A DNA stretch of 64,000 nucleotides, taken from Minisyncoccota bacterium. GTDB taxonomy: Bacteria > Patescibacteriota > Minisyncoccia > Phycocordibacterales > UBA9973. Below the pieces are notes generated by a model. The model saw only the letters and a list, made by a program, of their open reading frames with translations. It was not told where the DNA came from and did not search any database. The stretch lies in assembly GCA_041666045.1 (NCBI GenBank), contig JBAYHR010000002.1:18773-82772 (forward strand). Reading direction: 5' to 3'. Both the position numbers and the translations under genes were made by a program. This document shows positions 45,913 through 55,545 of the stretch, one piece after another; within the stretch, counting starts at the first letter, position 1, and each line of letters begins with the position of its first letter.

Positions 45913-48138
45913 TTAAATCACATTATTGCCATTTTCATCATGTGTAATTTTTTCTAACACTTCTCTTGGCTTGGCTCCGTCTCCCGCGCTTATAACTCCG
46001 CGTTCTTCAAGCATATCCATAAGTCTTGCAGCGCGAGCATATCCTAATTTTAATTTTCTTTGCAAATATGAAGTTGACGCTTTTCCTGCTTCCATTACGC
46101 AATTTCTAGCTTCTTCATACATTTCATCATCATCGTTATTTTCATCACTTAAAGTGCTTTCAAAGATAGATTTATCAGCAGAGATAGAACCGCTAGATAT
46201 TTGTATTTCTTCAGTTATTTCGTCTTTATACGCGTCAGCTAAATATTTAACAACTTTTTTTACTTCAGTTTCTGATATAAATGCTGATTGCAAGCGTTCT
46301 GGTTGAGCTTCGCCTGAAGAGTATAACATATCACCAGCTCCCAATAGTTTTTCTGCTCCACCAGTATCAAGTATGGTGCGTGAATCAATTTGAGAAGAAA
46401 CTTTTAAAGCTACACGGGCTGGAATATTTGCTTTAATTAAACCAGTTATAACATTTACTTCTGGACGTTGAGTAGAAAGTATTAAGTGTATTCCAACTGC
46501 TCTAGACATTTGAGCTAATCTTACGATTGCTGATTCAAGTTCTCTAGGGTATGAACTCATTATGTCTGCTAATTCGTCTATTATTATCACAATATATGGC
46601 AAACGATCTGCATTTACTTCTTCCTCTTTACCATCACTATTAGTTTTAGTTTTTTTAATATTTTTATTAAATACATTATTATGATAAGACTCTATATCCC
46701 GCACAGATTCTGCTTCCAATATATCGTAACGACGATCCATTTCTTTTGCAGCCCATTTTAAAGCTAAGATGGTTTTTTTAGCGTCAGTTATAACAGGAGT
46801 TAATAAATGAGGAATTTTATTATAGAGTGTAAGTTCCACGCGTTTTGGATCTATTAATATTAATTTTAAATCATCTGGACCGTTTCTATATAATAGGGAA
46901 GTAATTATAGAGTGGATAGTAACTGACTTTCCAGATCCAGTGGTGCCTGCCACAAGACAATGAGGCATTTTTGCAAGATTGCCGAATGTTGCTTTTCCTG
47001 AAATTCCACGGCCAAGCGCAATAGTTAAAGGTTTTGGAGAATTTTGGAACTTATCGTCAGAAAGAAGTGTTGCAAGTCCGACGATTGATTTTGCTTTGTT
47101 TGGAATTTCAATACCAACTAAAGATTTTCCTGGGATTGGCGCTTCTATTCTTATTGGGTGCGCGGCAAGCGCCAAAGATAAATCATTTTGAAGACCAACT
47201 ATTCTGGAAAGTTTAACTCCTTCTGCTGGTTTTAATGCATAACGAGTAACTGTTGGGCCAACAGTTATTTCATCCATTTCAACTTCAATACCGAAATTTG
47301 CTAATGTTCTTTTTATAATATTTGCATTTGCTTTTATGTCTCCTGTGTTTGGCTTGCCTTTATCTTCTTCAAGTAAAGATAGTGGGGGAGGAACATAAGA
47401 GGATAAACTTTCTTTTCTTTTTTTAATTGGCATTTCTTCTTCTTTTTCTTCTTCGTCTTTTTTATTCCTCTTTCCAACCCCTAAAGCATTTTTTATTTTA
47501 TCACCAGTACTTTCTTTATTTTCTTCTATTACTGGCTCTTCTTCATCATTATTATCTTCTCTCTCTTCTTCAATTTCTTTTTTAATTATTTTTTTCTTTT
47601 TGAAAATTGTTAGTATTTTCATAAGAAGTGGAAGTATTTGCGGTTTAGTATCAAACATTGCAATTATAGAAATTATTAAAATTGCAAAAAGAAAAACTGT
47701 ACTTGCGTAAATATCAAATAAAGATACGAATGGTGTTGATAAAATTTTTCCTAAAAATCCGCCAGAATGCTTGCCAGAAATAATATCTATTATTCCAAGA
47801 CCGGACAATAAAAAGGTTATGGAACTTATTGCGCGTATCCATCCTATGTTTGGTCTTTCTGATTTTACAAAAGAAGATCCTAGCAAAACAAAAAGAGCAG
47901 GAAGAAGAACATAACCATATCCGAGCAAGTAATACAAAATTTCATAAATTAATTTTCCCGCCTTTCCCGCCATATCAAAAGCAGACATAAAAAGAAATAA
48001 TGCTAAAACAAAAAATACAACTGCCCATATACCGTGTTTTGTTTCCGCTTTTAATTTTCCATTAGATGAATTAGATTTACTATTTGTTTTAGTAAAAGTT
48101 TTTTCTTGTTTAGATTTACTTTTTTCATTTTTTGCCAT
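45913..48138 (-). CDS. ftsK: DNA translocase FtsK/SpoIIIE
   Basis: 4 TM; RIEAPIPGKS, GTTGSGKS, IIDELAD, gamma domain STSYLQRKLKLGYARAAR. Confidence 0.98.
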   Translation of the reverse strand: MAKNEKSKSKQEKTFTKTNSKSNSSNGKLKAETKHGIWAVVFFVLALFLFMSAFDMAGKAGKLIYEILYYLLGYGYVLLPALFVLLGSSFVKSERPNIGWIRAISSITFLLSGLGIIDIISGKHSGGFLGKILSTPFVSLFDIYASTVFLFAILIISIIAMFDTKPQILPLLMKILTIFKKKKIIKKEIEEEREDNNDEEEPVIEENKESTGDKIKNALGVGKRNKKDEEEKEEEMPIKKRKESLSSYVPPPLSLLEEDKGKPNTGDIKANANIIKRTLANFGIEVEMDEITVGPTVTRYALKPAEGVKLSRIVGLQNDLSLALAAHPIRIEAPIPGKSLVGIEIPNKAKSIVGLATLLSDDKFQNSPKPLTIALGRGISGKATFGNLAKMPHCLVAGTTGSGKSVTIHSIITSLLYRNGPDDLKLILIDPKRVELTLYNKIPHLLTPVITDAKKTILALKWAAKEMDRRYDILEAESVRDIESYHNNVFNKNIKKTKTNSDGKEEEVNADRLPYIVIIIDELADIMSSYPRELESAIVRLAQMSRAVGIHLILSTQRPEVNVITGLIKANIPARVALKVSSQIDSRTILDTGGAEKLLGAGDMLYSSGEAQPERLQSAFISETEVKKVVKYLADAYKDEITEEIQISSGSISADKSIFESTLSDENNDDDEMYEEARNCVMEAGKASTSYLQRKLKLGYARAARLMDMLEERGVISAGDGAKPREVLEKITHDENGNNVI

Positions 48139-48178
48139 GAAGTTATTTTAACATATTTTAAAAAAGAAGATTATTATT

Positions 48179-48262
48179 TAAAAAAACAAGAAGTAAAAGT
48201 TTTCTGGCAAGCAAGACGAAGCCAGTGCTTGCAGGCGAAAACTTTTACTTCTTGTTTTTTTA
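48179..48262. repeat. Long hairpin with conserved 32-nt GC core, copy 2
   Basis: 26-bp perfect arms; core tggcaagcaagacgaagccagtgcttgcaggc. Confidence 0.85.
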
Positions 48263-48313
48263 TTTACTTTATTACTTTCTACTTTTTACTACAAAAAAGC
48301 TTGCCTTTTTTTG

Positions 48314-49229
48314 TGTCCTATATATAATGGACATTATGTTAGAGGAAGATAAAAATCTAAAAAATTCTGTAAAGGACGCGTCTTCTATTTCTAGTGGCCA
48401 TCAGAATCAAATTGGTATGTTAAATGGACATTCTTTTATTTTTGGTTCTTACACAAAGACTAATAAGCTTGTAACAGCCCTTTATATGGTAACAGACATA
48501 TTGGACAATGAAGAACCACTAAGAAATAAATTAAGAAGTTTGGGTACAGATATTATATCGGACACCTCTAGGGTTTCAGTTTATAAAGATTTATCAAATT
48601 TCATGTCCAATAAAATTGGCGCAATAATATCTCTATTGGACATAGCTCGCGCAATGAATTTAATATCTGAAATGAATTGTAATATTCTTAAAAAAGAATT
48701 CATTGAACTTAAGCAATCAGTATATGAATTCAATGATAATTTAAGTATATTAAAGGGAAATATTAGCTTGTCTGAATTTTTAAAGGAAGATATGTTATTA
48801 GAAACAAAAATTGAAAATAATTTTTTAAATAATAGTGGTAATAATGTAAATAATTCTAAAGGACAAGTAACAAGAATTGGTGTTCAAAAAGGAAGCACTT
48901 TGCTTCATGCCCTGAGCAAAGTCGAAGGGAAAGCCTTAAAGGACATAAAAGAAATAAAAATTTCTAAAACAAAAACTATGTCTAATAGGACGAATTTTAA
49001 TAATCTAAAAAAAGAAAGACGAGAAGCAATCATTAAAATAATAAAAGCTTGTCCTTCTAATGGTGTAGAAAAAGGAGCTACAATAACAGACATTAAAAAT
49101 TCAGCTAGTGGGACGCTTGTTTCTTGTGGTGAAAAGACATTACAAAGAGAACTTGTTTCTATGGTGCAAGAGGGTGTCCTTAAGAAAATTGGAGAGAAAC
49201 GTTGGAGTAAATATTTTTTATAAAGGACA
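48314..49229. repeat. Dispersed array of ~15 TAWNRGACA-like 9-mers over a promoter and ORF
   Basis: Sites start at 48314(-), 48325, 48370, 48422, 48490, 48499, 48556, 48604(-), 48634, 48857, 48937, 48979(-), 49084, 49175(-), 49221. Confidence 0.8.
48336..49223 (+). CDS. Four-helix-bundle (IVP/Avd-like) + low-complexity linker + C-terminal winged HTH protein
   Basis: YTKTNKLVTALYMVTD...LRNKLR...SLLDIARAMNLIS; RREAIIKII...ATITDI...EKTLQRELVSMVQEGVLKKIGEKRWSKY; promoter TTGCCT-16 nt-TATAAT favours ATG 48336 (or 48327). Confidence 0.8.
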   Translation: MLEEDKNLKNSVKDASSISSGHQNQIGMLNGHSFIFGSYTKTNKLVTALYMVTDILDNEEPLRNKLRSLGTDIISDTSRVSVYKDLSNFMSNKIGAIISLLDIARAMNLISEMNCNILKKEFIELKQSVYEFNDNLSILKGNISLSEFLKEDMLLETKIENNFLNNSGNNVNNSKGQVTRIGVQKGSTLLHALSKVEGKALKDIKEIKISKTKTMSNRTNFNNLKKERREAIIKIIKACPSNGVEKGATITDIKNSASGTLVSCGEKTLQRELVSMVQEGVLKKIGEKRWSKYFL

Positions 49230-49324
49230 TGAGTTAGGTTCTAGAAATTTATTTATACCAGCAACTGGTCCCTAGAAACTAGCGCCTAATTGAGTGTAAG
49301 TTTTCCGCTTTTATCTCGTCATTA

Positions 49325-49497
49325 TGTGTATATCTTGTGTTTGCATTTCTTATTAAAATATGCGAATATGGGGTATGGATATTTTTGCCTTTAAATGGGT
49401 GGTTATCCACATTATAATATTTTGCTGTATTTTTACAGTTATATTATAATATTACTGTGTTTAAAGGTTGCACATTTATGTGTATTCTTTATTCACA
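49325..49497. promoter_or_regulatory. Cluster of DnaA-box-like sites
   Basis: TTATCCACA 49403-49411, TTATTCACA 49489-49497; one-mismatch reverse sites at 49325-49333 and 49456-49464. Confidence 0.55.
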
Positions 49498-49810
49498 AAT
49501 TAAATTTATTTTCGTTCAAAATTCCGTCGAAAAAATTTTGAAAGAAAATAAATGCTCTGAAATTTTTGAAAGAAAATTTTATGAGATATTGTAAGGTCAT
49601 TGAAAATAGAATACAAATTTGTTTTCTGTTTTTAATGTTTAAGTTTTCATCTAAATTGTTTCGTATTAAAAGACGAGACATTAGATATATTAGCGTAATT
49701 TTAGTTTGTCGAAACTAACTTATAATTACGCGAACCCGTTTCGTTATCTTTCATTAATAATTATTATTAGTTAATAAAAAAGATTTCGGAAAGGAATTAA
49801 AAATAATTTT

Positions 49811-51865
49811 ATGAGTAATTTATTAAAATCAAAATTCTTTCTTGGAGTTATGATCGTAACAGTTATGTTCGCAGGCGTTCTTGCTTTCACAAGCTCAGCT
49901 TCTGCATCTGATTGTTCACTCGGTTCAACTACCTTGAAATATGGTTCAACAGGAACTGCCGTTACATGTCTTCAAGAGACATTAGGTCTAGACAGTTCTT
50001 ATCCAAGAGGATACTTTGGAAATGTAACAAAGAACTTAGTTATAGCTTTTCAATCTGCTAACAGCTTAACAGCTGATGGTTTGGTTGGACCTATGACAAA
50101 AGCAGCTCTTTCTGTTGCTCCAACTACAACAACAACTACTACAACGACAACTACTACAACAGCAGATCTTTGTCCAAATGGAAACACTTTGGCAAGTAAC
50201 TGTTCTTTAGCTCCTGCAACAACTACAACAGCAGAAGCTCTTTGTCCAAATGGTAATACAGTTGCAAGTAATTGTGCTATCTTGCCAGCAACCACTACAA
50301 CAACAGTAAATGCTAATGGTTTGGCAGGAACATTTGGTACAATTTCAACTATTACACAACTTTCTGCATACAATAATGAAGAAGTTGGTGATAGTGCAAA
50401 AGATGTAAAAATAATGGGTCTTGATCTTACTGCTTCAGCAGATGGAGATATTGCATTACAGTCAATCAAATTGACTTTTGATGCTACAGGTTATGGATCA
50501 GGAGATTCAACTCGTATTACTGACTTCTTAAGTTCTGTTTCTGTATGGATGGGAACAACTAAAGTTGCTACAGCAAGTACAGCTGATTTTACCAAAGATG
50601 ACACTGGTATTTATTCAAAGACTATTGCTCTTAGCAATGCTATCGTTCGCGCAGATAAGACTGAAAAGTTTTATGTTTCTGTTGATGCAATAGGTAATAT
50701 GGATTCAGGAGATATTAACTCTGATTCATGGACAGTTGGTATCAATAGTATTCGTTACGTAGACGGTTCTGGTGTTGTCACAACTGATGCTGACATAATG
50801 CCAGCAGCTCTTGAATGGAATGCAGCTGGAGATGGAGTAGGAATCGCTTTCGTAACATTCTCAACTTCAGTAGATACTGAATTGAAGATTTCACTTGATT
50901 CAGCTTCACCAGTAGCAGGTATTTCTACAGTAAATGCAACTAACAATACTGATAATGTTGTTCTTGCAAAAGGTAAAATGAAATTAGAAGGAACATCTGA
51001 CATTTGGTTAGATGAACTTCCATTCTTGTTCACAACAAATGCAACAAACGCTGATGAGGTTTCATCAACTGTTTATCTTACTATCGGTGGAAACACATAT
51101 AGTGAATCAATGACAGCAACAGCTGGAACAACAGAGGCTATTACATTTGATAACCTTGATCTAGATATCGTAGCTGGTTCTACAACAACATTTTCTGTTT
51201 TAGCAGATATCAATGATATTGAAACTACAGTATTTGATGAAGGAGATTATTTGACTGTAGACTTAGATGCTACAAGACGAGCTTTGATGGTTGTTGAGAA
51301 CTCAGAAGGTACTCAATTAACTGATGGAACAGAAGTATCTGGTGTTATGTCTGGTAATAAGCAATACTTCTATTCTATTGCTCCAACAATATCAGTTTCT
51401 TCAGTTTCTATTACCCCAGTTGATAATGGTTCATCTTCTCCAGCTTCTGCAATAGCTAAAATGACACTTAAGATTACAGCTGATGGTGGAACTATTTACC
51501 TAAACGGTGATGATGAAACTACTGCAGCAAATGAATTTATTACATTAGCTGTAGATGGTGGTACTGTCACAAGTACAACTGTTGGTTCATACACATTTAC
51601 TCCAAGTGGCACATATACTGTCACAAATAATGGTGCAAATGATGAATATTACACCATTAATGATGGTGATGTAATGTATGTTCTTATAGAAGCCGTAATT
51701 TCTCAAGGCACTGCTGGACCAGCTGTACTTGCTGGTTTGAAAGGAACAGCAATTCTATTTGATACTACCGTTCCTGATGGTACAACTGCTCCAGTTAATA
51801 CAATGAACTGGACAACATTGACTGATATTCTAAAATCAGGCAAAACTGTTGTAACCGGCGCTTAG
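49811..51865 (+). CDS. S-layer-like surface protein with peptidoglycan-binding domain
   Basis: Signal peptide; LKYGSTG..V..LQ...GYFG..T...FQ....L.ADGLVGPMT; poly-Thr; LCPNGNTxASNC twice; acidic T/D/S beta body; structured leader 49693-49731. Confidence 0.8.
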   Translation: MSNLLKSKFFLGVMIVTVMFAGVLAFTSSASASDCSLGSTTLKYGSTGTAVTCLQETLGLDSSYPRGYFGNVTKNLVIAFQSANSLTADGLVGPMTKAALSVAPTTTTTTTTTTTTTADLCPNGNTLASNCSLAPATTTTAEALCPNGNTVASNCAILPATTTTTVNANGLAGTFGTISTITQLSAYNNEEVGDSAKDVKIMGLDLTASADGDIALQSIKLTFDATGYGSGDSTRITDFLSSVSVWMGTTKVATASTADFTKDDTGIYSKTIALSNAIVRADKTEKFYVSVDAIGNMDSGDINSDSWTVGINSIRYVDGSGVVTTDADIMPAALEWNAAGDGVGIAFVTFSTSVDTELKISLDSASPVAGISTVNATNNTDNVVLAKGKMKLEGTSDIWLDELPFLFTTNATNADEVSSTVYLTIGGNTYSESMTATAGTTEAITFDNLDLDIVAGSTTTFSVLADINDIETTVFDEGDYLTVDLDATRRALMVVENSEGTQLTDGTEVSGVMSGNKQYFYSIAPTISVSSVSITPVDNGSSSPASAIAKMTLKITADGGTIYLNGDDETTAANEFITLAVDGGTVTSTTVGSYTFTPSGTYTVTNNGANDEYYTINDGDVMYVLIEAVISQGTAGPAVLAGLKGTAILFDTTVPDGTTAPVNTMNWTTLTDILKSGKTVVTGA

Positions 51866-51981
51866 TTTTAGTGTAATTCTGGTTAATACGCCCGCCTGTA
51901 AAAGCTATGCTTTAAGCATTGCGGACAGGCCTTAAAAAGTATTAAAAATTTCTCTTTCTTGGTCGAATAAGATAGAGAGCT

Positions 51982-52013
51982 CAAAAAACCACTCAGAAAT
52001 GAGTGGTTTTTTG
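51982..52013 (+). terminator. Intrinsic terminator
   Basis: caaaaaaccactca-gaaa-tgagtggttttttg. Confidence 0.85.
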
Positions 52014-52093
52014 TTATTGACATAACAAAATTAATTTGTTTAACTCTTATATGAATAACAATAGTGTTATTTGAAAACTTAAAATCATAAAAA

Positions 52094-53023
52094 ATGAAAA
52101 AGAAAATTTTATTCAGAACAATAGCAATAATTGCTATTGTATTTTTTGCTTTTATCGTAGAAGCGCAAGTTCCTCAAAGTATCAATTATCAAGCGGTGTT
52201 GAGAAATACCACTGGACAAATTATACAAAATCAAACTGCTACCGTGAAATTTACAATTCATCAGGCAACCACGAACGGAGTTGTTGTTTATGAGGAGACA
52301 CAAACAGCAACAACCAATGATTACGGCTTAATAAATTTGCAGATTGGACAAGGGGTTCCTGTTGTTGGAACATTATCTGCAATTCAGTGGGGAACAAATA
52401 GTTATTTTCTGCAAGTGTGGGTGGATATCGGCGGAGGTTATATAGACCTCGGAACGACACAATTTATCACTGTGCCTTATGCTATGGTTGCTGATACCGC
52501 ATTACATTGCAGTGTTAGTGGAACAAAAATAGCTATTAATACAACTCAAGCAACTGCAAATACTAATGGTGTGGAAACCACACTCTATACTATACCAATT
52601 CCAGGTGGAATTTTAGGAACTAATAATGCAATTAAATTCAAAATTCCTTGCAGTGCAATAAATGCCAGATTAAATGTTTCAATTTCAATAAAAATGTATT
52701 ATGGAACAACGCTTATTACAACATTAAACTTTTCATCTAGTACTAATGCAGATTGTCATATTTGGGAAGGAGAAATAAATGGATATATTATTGCTGATAA
52801 TGCAACAAATGCGCAAAAAGCATTAATAACTATATTAAAAGGAGATGCTCAAGGAGGAATAAATAATAATGCACAATTTTTTCTTCAATCAAAATATGGA
52901 ACTTCTGCTGAGGATAGTAATGTAATTAAAAATTTAGTTATTACAGCAATTCCGTATTTTGCTAGTGGATACCCAAATCCCTCTATTACCACTGAAGCAA
53001 TTATAGTTGAAGCAGTTAGGTAA
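52094..53023 (+). CDS. Secreted Bacteroidota-like protein (PQxINYQAV N-terminal domain)
   Basis: AQVPQSINYQAVLRN...VYEETQ..TTN..GL..L.IG.G...I.W...VPYA. Confidence 0.75.
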   Translation: MKKKILFRTIAIIAIVFFAFIVEAQVPQSINYQAVLRNTTGQIIQNQTATVKFTIHQATTNGVVVYEETQTATTNDYGLINLQIGQGVPVVGTLSAIQWGTNSYFLQVWVDIGGGYIDLGTTQFITVPYAMVADTALHCSVSGTKIAINTTQATANTNGVETTLYTIPIPGGILGTNNAIKFKIPCSAINARLNVSISIKMYYGTTLITTLNFSSSTNADCHIWEGEINGYIIADNATNAQKALITILKGDAQGGINNNAQFFLQSKYGTSAEDSNVIKNLVITAIPYFASGYPNPSITTEAIIVEAVR

Positions 53024-53043
53024 TAAATAAAAAAATAATAAAA

Positions 53044-53541
53044 ATGAAAAAGATATTTTTTATTTTAGTTGCACTGTTTTGCTACAAAATTTCTTTTGCG
53101 CAAATCAGTGTTGAACGTCAAGTAATCAGTTCAACTGGCAATTTGACAAATGTGGGAGCTATAAAAGCATTCTCTAATGTTGGTGAAACTGTAATTCAAA
53201 CTTTTTCACAAACAACTCTTGTTATTACGCAAGGTTTTGAACAGGGGAATAAAATTTCAGCAACAGGGATTAATTTAGACAATATTTCTTCTAAAAACGA
53301 GATTTCTATTTACCCAAATCCTGTAGGAAATATTATAAATTTAGAATTTCAATCAGATAAAAAAGAGGAAATTAAAATTGAAATGATAAATTTATTAAGG
53401 CAAGTGGTTTTTAGTAAAAATCTTACAGCACAAATTAGTGAAAATAATTTTACTTTAGAAGTAAATACAATTCCTAAGGGAGTTTATATACTTCAAATAA
53501 AAGGTAGCGAAATTTTTACTAAGTTAGTAATAAAAGAATAA
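53044..53541 (+). CDS. Secreted protein with T9SS type A sorting-like C-terminal domain
   Basis: QVISSTG...VGE...ITQGFEQ; IYPNP...GVYILQI...KLVIK. Confidence 0.8.
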   Translation: MKKIFFILVALFCYKISFAQISVERQVISSTGNLTNVGAIKAFSNVGETVIQTFSQTTLVITQGFEQGNKISATGINLDNISSKNEISIYPNPVGNIINLEFQSDKKEEIKIEMINLLRQVVFSKNLTAQISENNFTLEVNTIPKGVYILQIKGSEIFTKLVIKE

Positions 53542-53627
53542 AATAAATTAAAAGAGTATAGATACTTGTTATTTATGCTCTTTTTTGTTTGGATAATACG
53601 CTTTTTATGTTATATAATATACATATT

Positions 53628-55484
53628 ATGAATTTAATAATTAAAAGAATTATTCTTGTTTCAATTTTTGTTTTGCCTTTTATTTTTTTATCCAGTTCGT
53701 ATTATCCGGCAGTTTTTCCAAAATCTCTTTTTATAGAAGCTATAACTCTTATTCTTGGAACTCTTTGGATAATTGGCAGATTGTTTAAAAAAGAAGAAAA
53801 TACAATTCCTAAAAACATTGTTTTTTTAACATTTTTTGCTTTTATTTTTTTTCTTTTAATTTCGTTTTTTAACAGTGTCGTTCCAAGTTTGTCATTTTGG
53901 GGAAGCATTGATCATAGCACGGGTGTTATTTTTACATTATGTTTATTTCTGTTTTCTTTAATTGTCAGTTCTGTGTTTAAAACTATGGAAGATTGGCATA
54001 AACTTTTTACAGTTTTTATTGCCTCTGGAATTCTTTTTGCTTTTGGAACATTTCTATCAGAAATGGGTGTTCGTTTTTTTTCTCATAAATTAACTATTGA
54101 TTTTACTATTGGTAATTCATCCTATGCTGGAATTTATCTCGTTTTTATATTTTTTATAAGTTTAGGAATTATATTTTCATCAAAAATTAAAAGTCAAAGA
54201 ATAATTGGTATTTTAGGGCTTATAACAGCATTTTTGAATCCGATTTTAACCGGATTTATAGCTCAAACTCCAGGAACGTCCTTTGGTTTTATTGGATTAG
54301 CCAAAACGGCATCTTATTCTCTTTTGGTTGGGATTGGATTGTTTGCGCTTTATTTATTTTTTAGAAAAATATCATCCATTAAATGGAGAAAAATATTTAT
54401 TGGATCTTTCATTTCTATTTTACTTGCGGGGGTATTATATGTTTCATTTATTGGATTTGGTTCTATACGTCAATGGGTTTCTGAAAAAGCTGGCCCTAAT
54501 AGATTCGTTTTTTGGGATATAGCGTTAAAGGGATTCAAAGAAAAGCCGATTTTAGGCTGGGGAAATGACACTTATCATCTTGTTTATACCAAATATTTCA
54601 ACCCAATTATAACTACCTCGGGTTATGCGCCAGAATATTGGGTTGACAGATCTCATAGTATTTATTTTGATGAACTTGTGTCTGGGGGAATTTTAGGTTT
54701 CTTTTTTCTTATGTCATTGTATGGAATTCTTTTATTTGGCCTTATCCAGAAAGCAGTCAAAGATAGAGGGAAAGAGGGTATTTTATATATGGCTTTATTT
54801 GCTGGTGTAGTTTCGTTCCTTATTCAAGGAGTGATGTTTTTTCAAACAGTTATTGGTTGGTTTATTATTTCTTTACTTATTGCTTTTGTTGCTAATTTTT
54901 GTTTTAGAAACAGAATTTTTACTTTTAAAACTAAAATTGATTTTTCAAAATATAAAGTTATTATTTCAATATTTTTAATTATTTTATTTTCTTTTGGCAT
55001 GGTTTATTTTATATTTAAACCATACGGTATTTCACATAAACTTGCTTCCTTTCCAAGGATGGAGCCTAATGAAAGATTAATTATTTACGATAAAATTAAT
55101 AATGCCTATATGGGGAATACAGCGGATCTTGGTACAGCCTTTCTTCCTTTTGGTGAAAGTATGCGTAAGGTGTTATTTAATATAAAATTATCTGAAGAAG
55201 ACAAGAAAGGAGCAATCAATGAAATGAATAAAATTACTGATGTTTTAGAAAATGGTTTAAAAAAAGAAAATTATATGGATATGAAATTATTAATGAGTAC
55301 AGTTGAATTTTACTCAATTCTTACTTCATTAGCTGAAGGTCAGGATAAAATAAATTATTATAATAAAGGTATCTCTTATATAGATAAAATGCTTTTAGTT
55401 TCACCTAAAAATCACATTAATGAAATGTCAAAAGGAATAATGGATTTTTCTCTTAAGCAAAATTTAGCAAATTTGCCAAGGTAA
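53628..55484 (+). CDS. O-antigen-ligase / O-oligosaccharyltransferase-like (Wzy_C) membrane protein
   Basis: Multi-TM; R..FW..A..GF.E.PILGWG; DRSHSIYFDELVSGG; ATG 53628. Confidence 0.88.
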   Translation: MNLIIKRIILVSIFVLPFIFLSSSYYPAVFPKSLFIEAITLILGTLWIIGRLFKKEENTIPKNIVFLTFFAFIFFLLISFFNSVVPSLSFWGSIDHSTGVIFTLCLFLFSLIVSSVFKTMEDWHKLFTVFIASGILFAFGTFLSEMGVRFFSHKLTIDFTIGNSSYAGIYLVFIFFISLGIIFSSKIKSQRIIGILGLITAFLNPILTGFIAQTPGTSFGFIGLAKTASYSLLVGIGLFALYLFFRKISSIKWRKIFIGSFISILLAGVLYVSFIGFGSIRQWVSEKAGPNRFVFWDIALKGFKEKPILGWGNDTYHLVYTKYFNPIITTSGYAPEYWVDRSHSIYFDELVSGGILGFFFLMSLYGILLFGLIQKAVKDRGKEGILYMALFAGVVSFLIQGVMFFQTVIGWFIISLLIAFVANFCFRNRIFTFKTKIDFSKYKVIISIFLIILFSFGMVYFIFKPYGISHKLASFPRMEPNERLIIYDKINNAYMGNTADLGTAFLPFGESMRKVLFNIKLSEEDKKGAINEMNKITDVLENGLKKENYMDMKLLMSTVEFYSILTSLAEGQDKINYYNKGISYIDKMLLVSPKNHINEMSKGIMDFSLKQNLANLPR

Positions 55485-55545
55485 TTTATAAAAATTATAT
55501 TTATTTACTATTTGTTTTTAATGTTTTTTGTGATATTCTTTTATT

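Noticed and set aside
48225-48335. Extended start of the wHTH gene; likewise argS 23974, nusA 7209, 36851 and 53589
   Set aside because: These starts lie in hairpins, promoters or the upstream gene; downstream ATGs fit promoter spacing and domain starts.
48336-48730. Diversity-generating retroelement suggested by the Avd-like domain
   Set aside because: No reverse transcriptase and no TR/VR pair differing at adenines in the window.
49224-49810. Firm oriC call
   Set aside because: Only two consensus boxes, no dnaA nearby, no lasting switch in gene orientation; kept as a hypothesis only.
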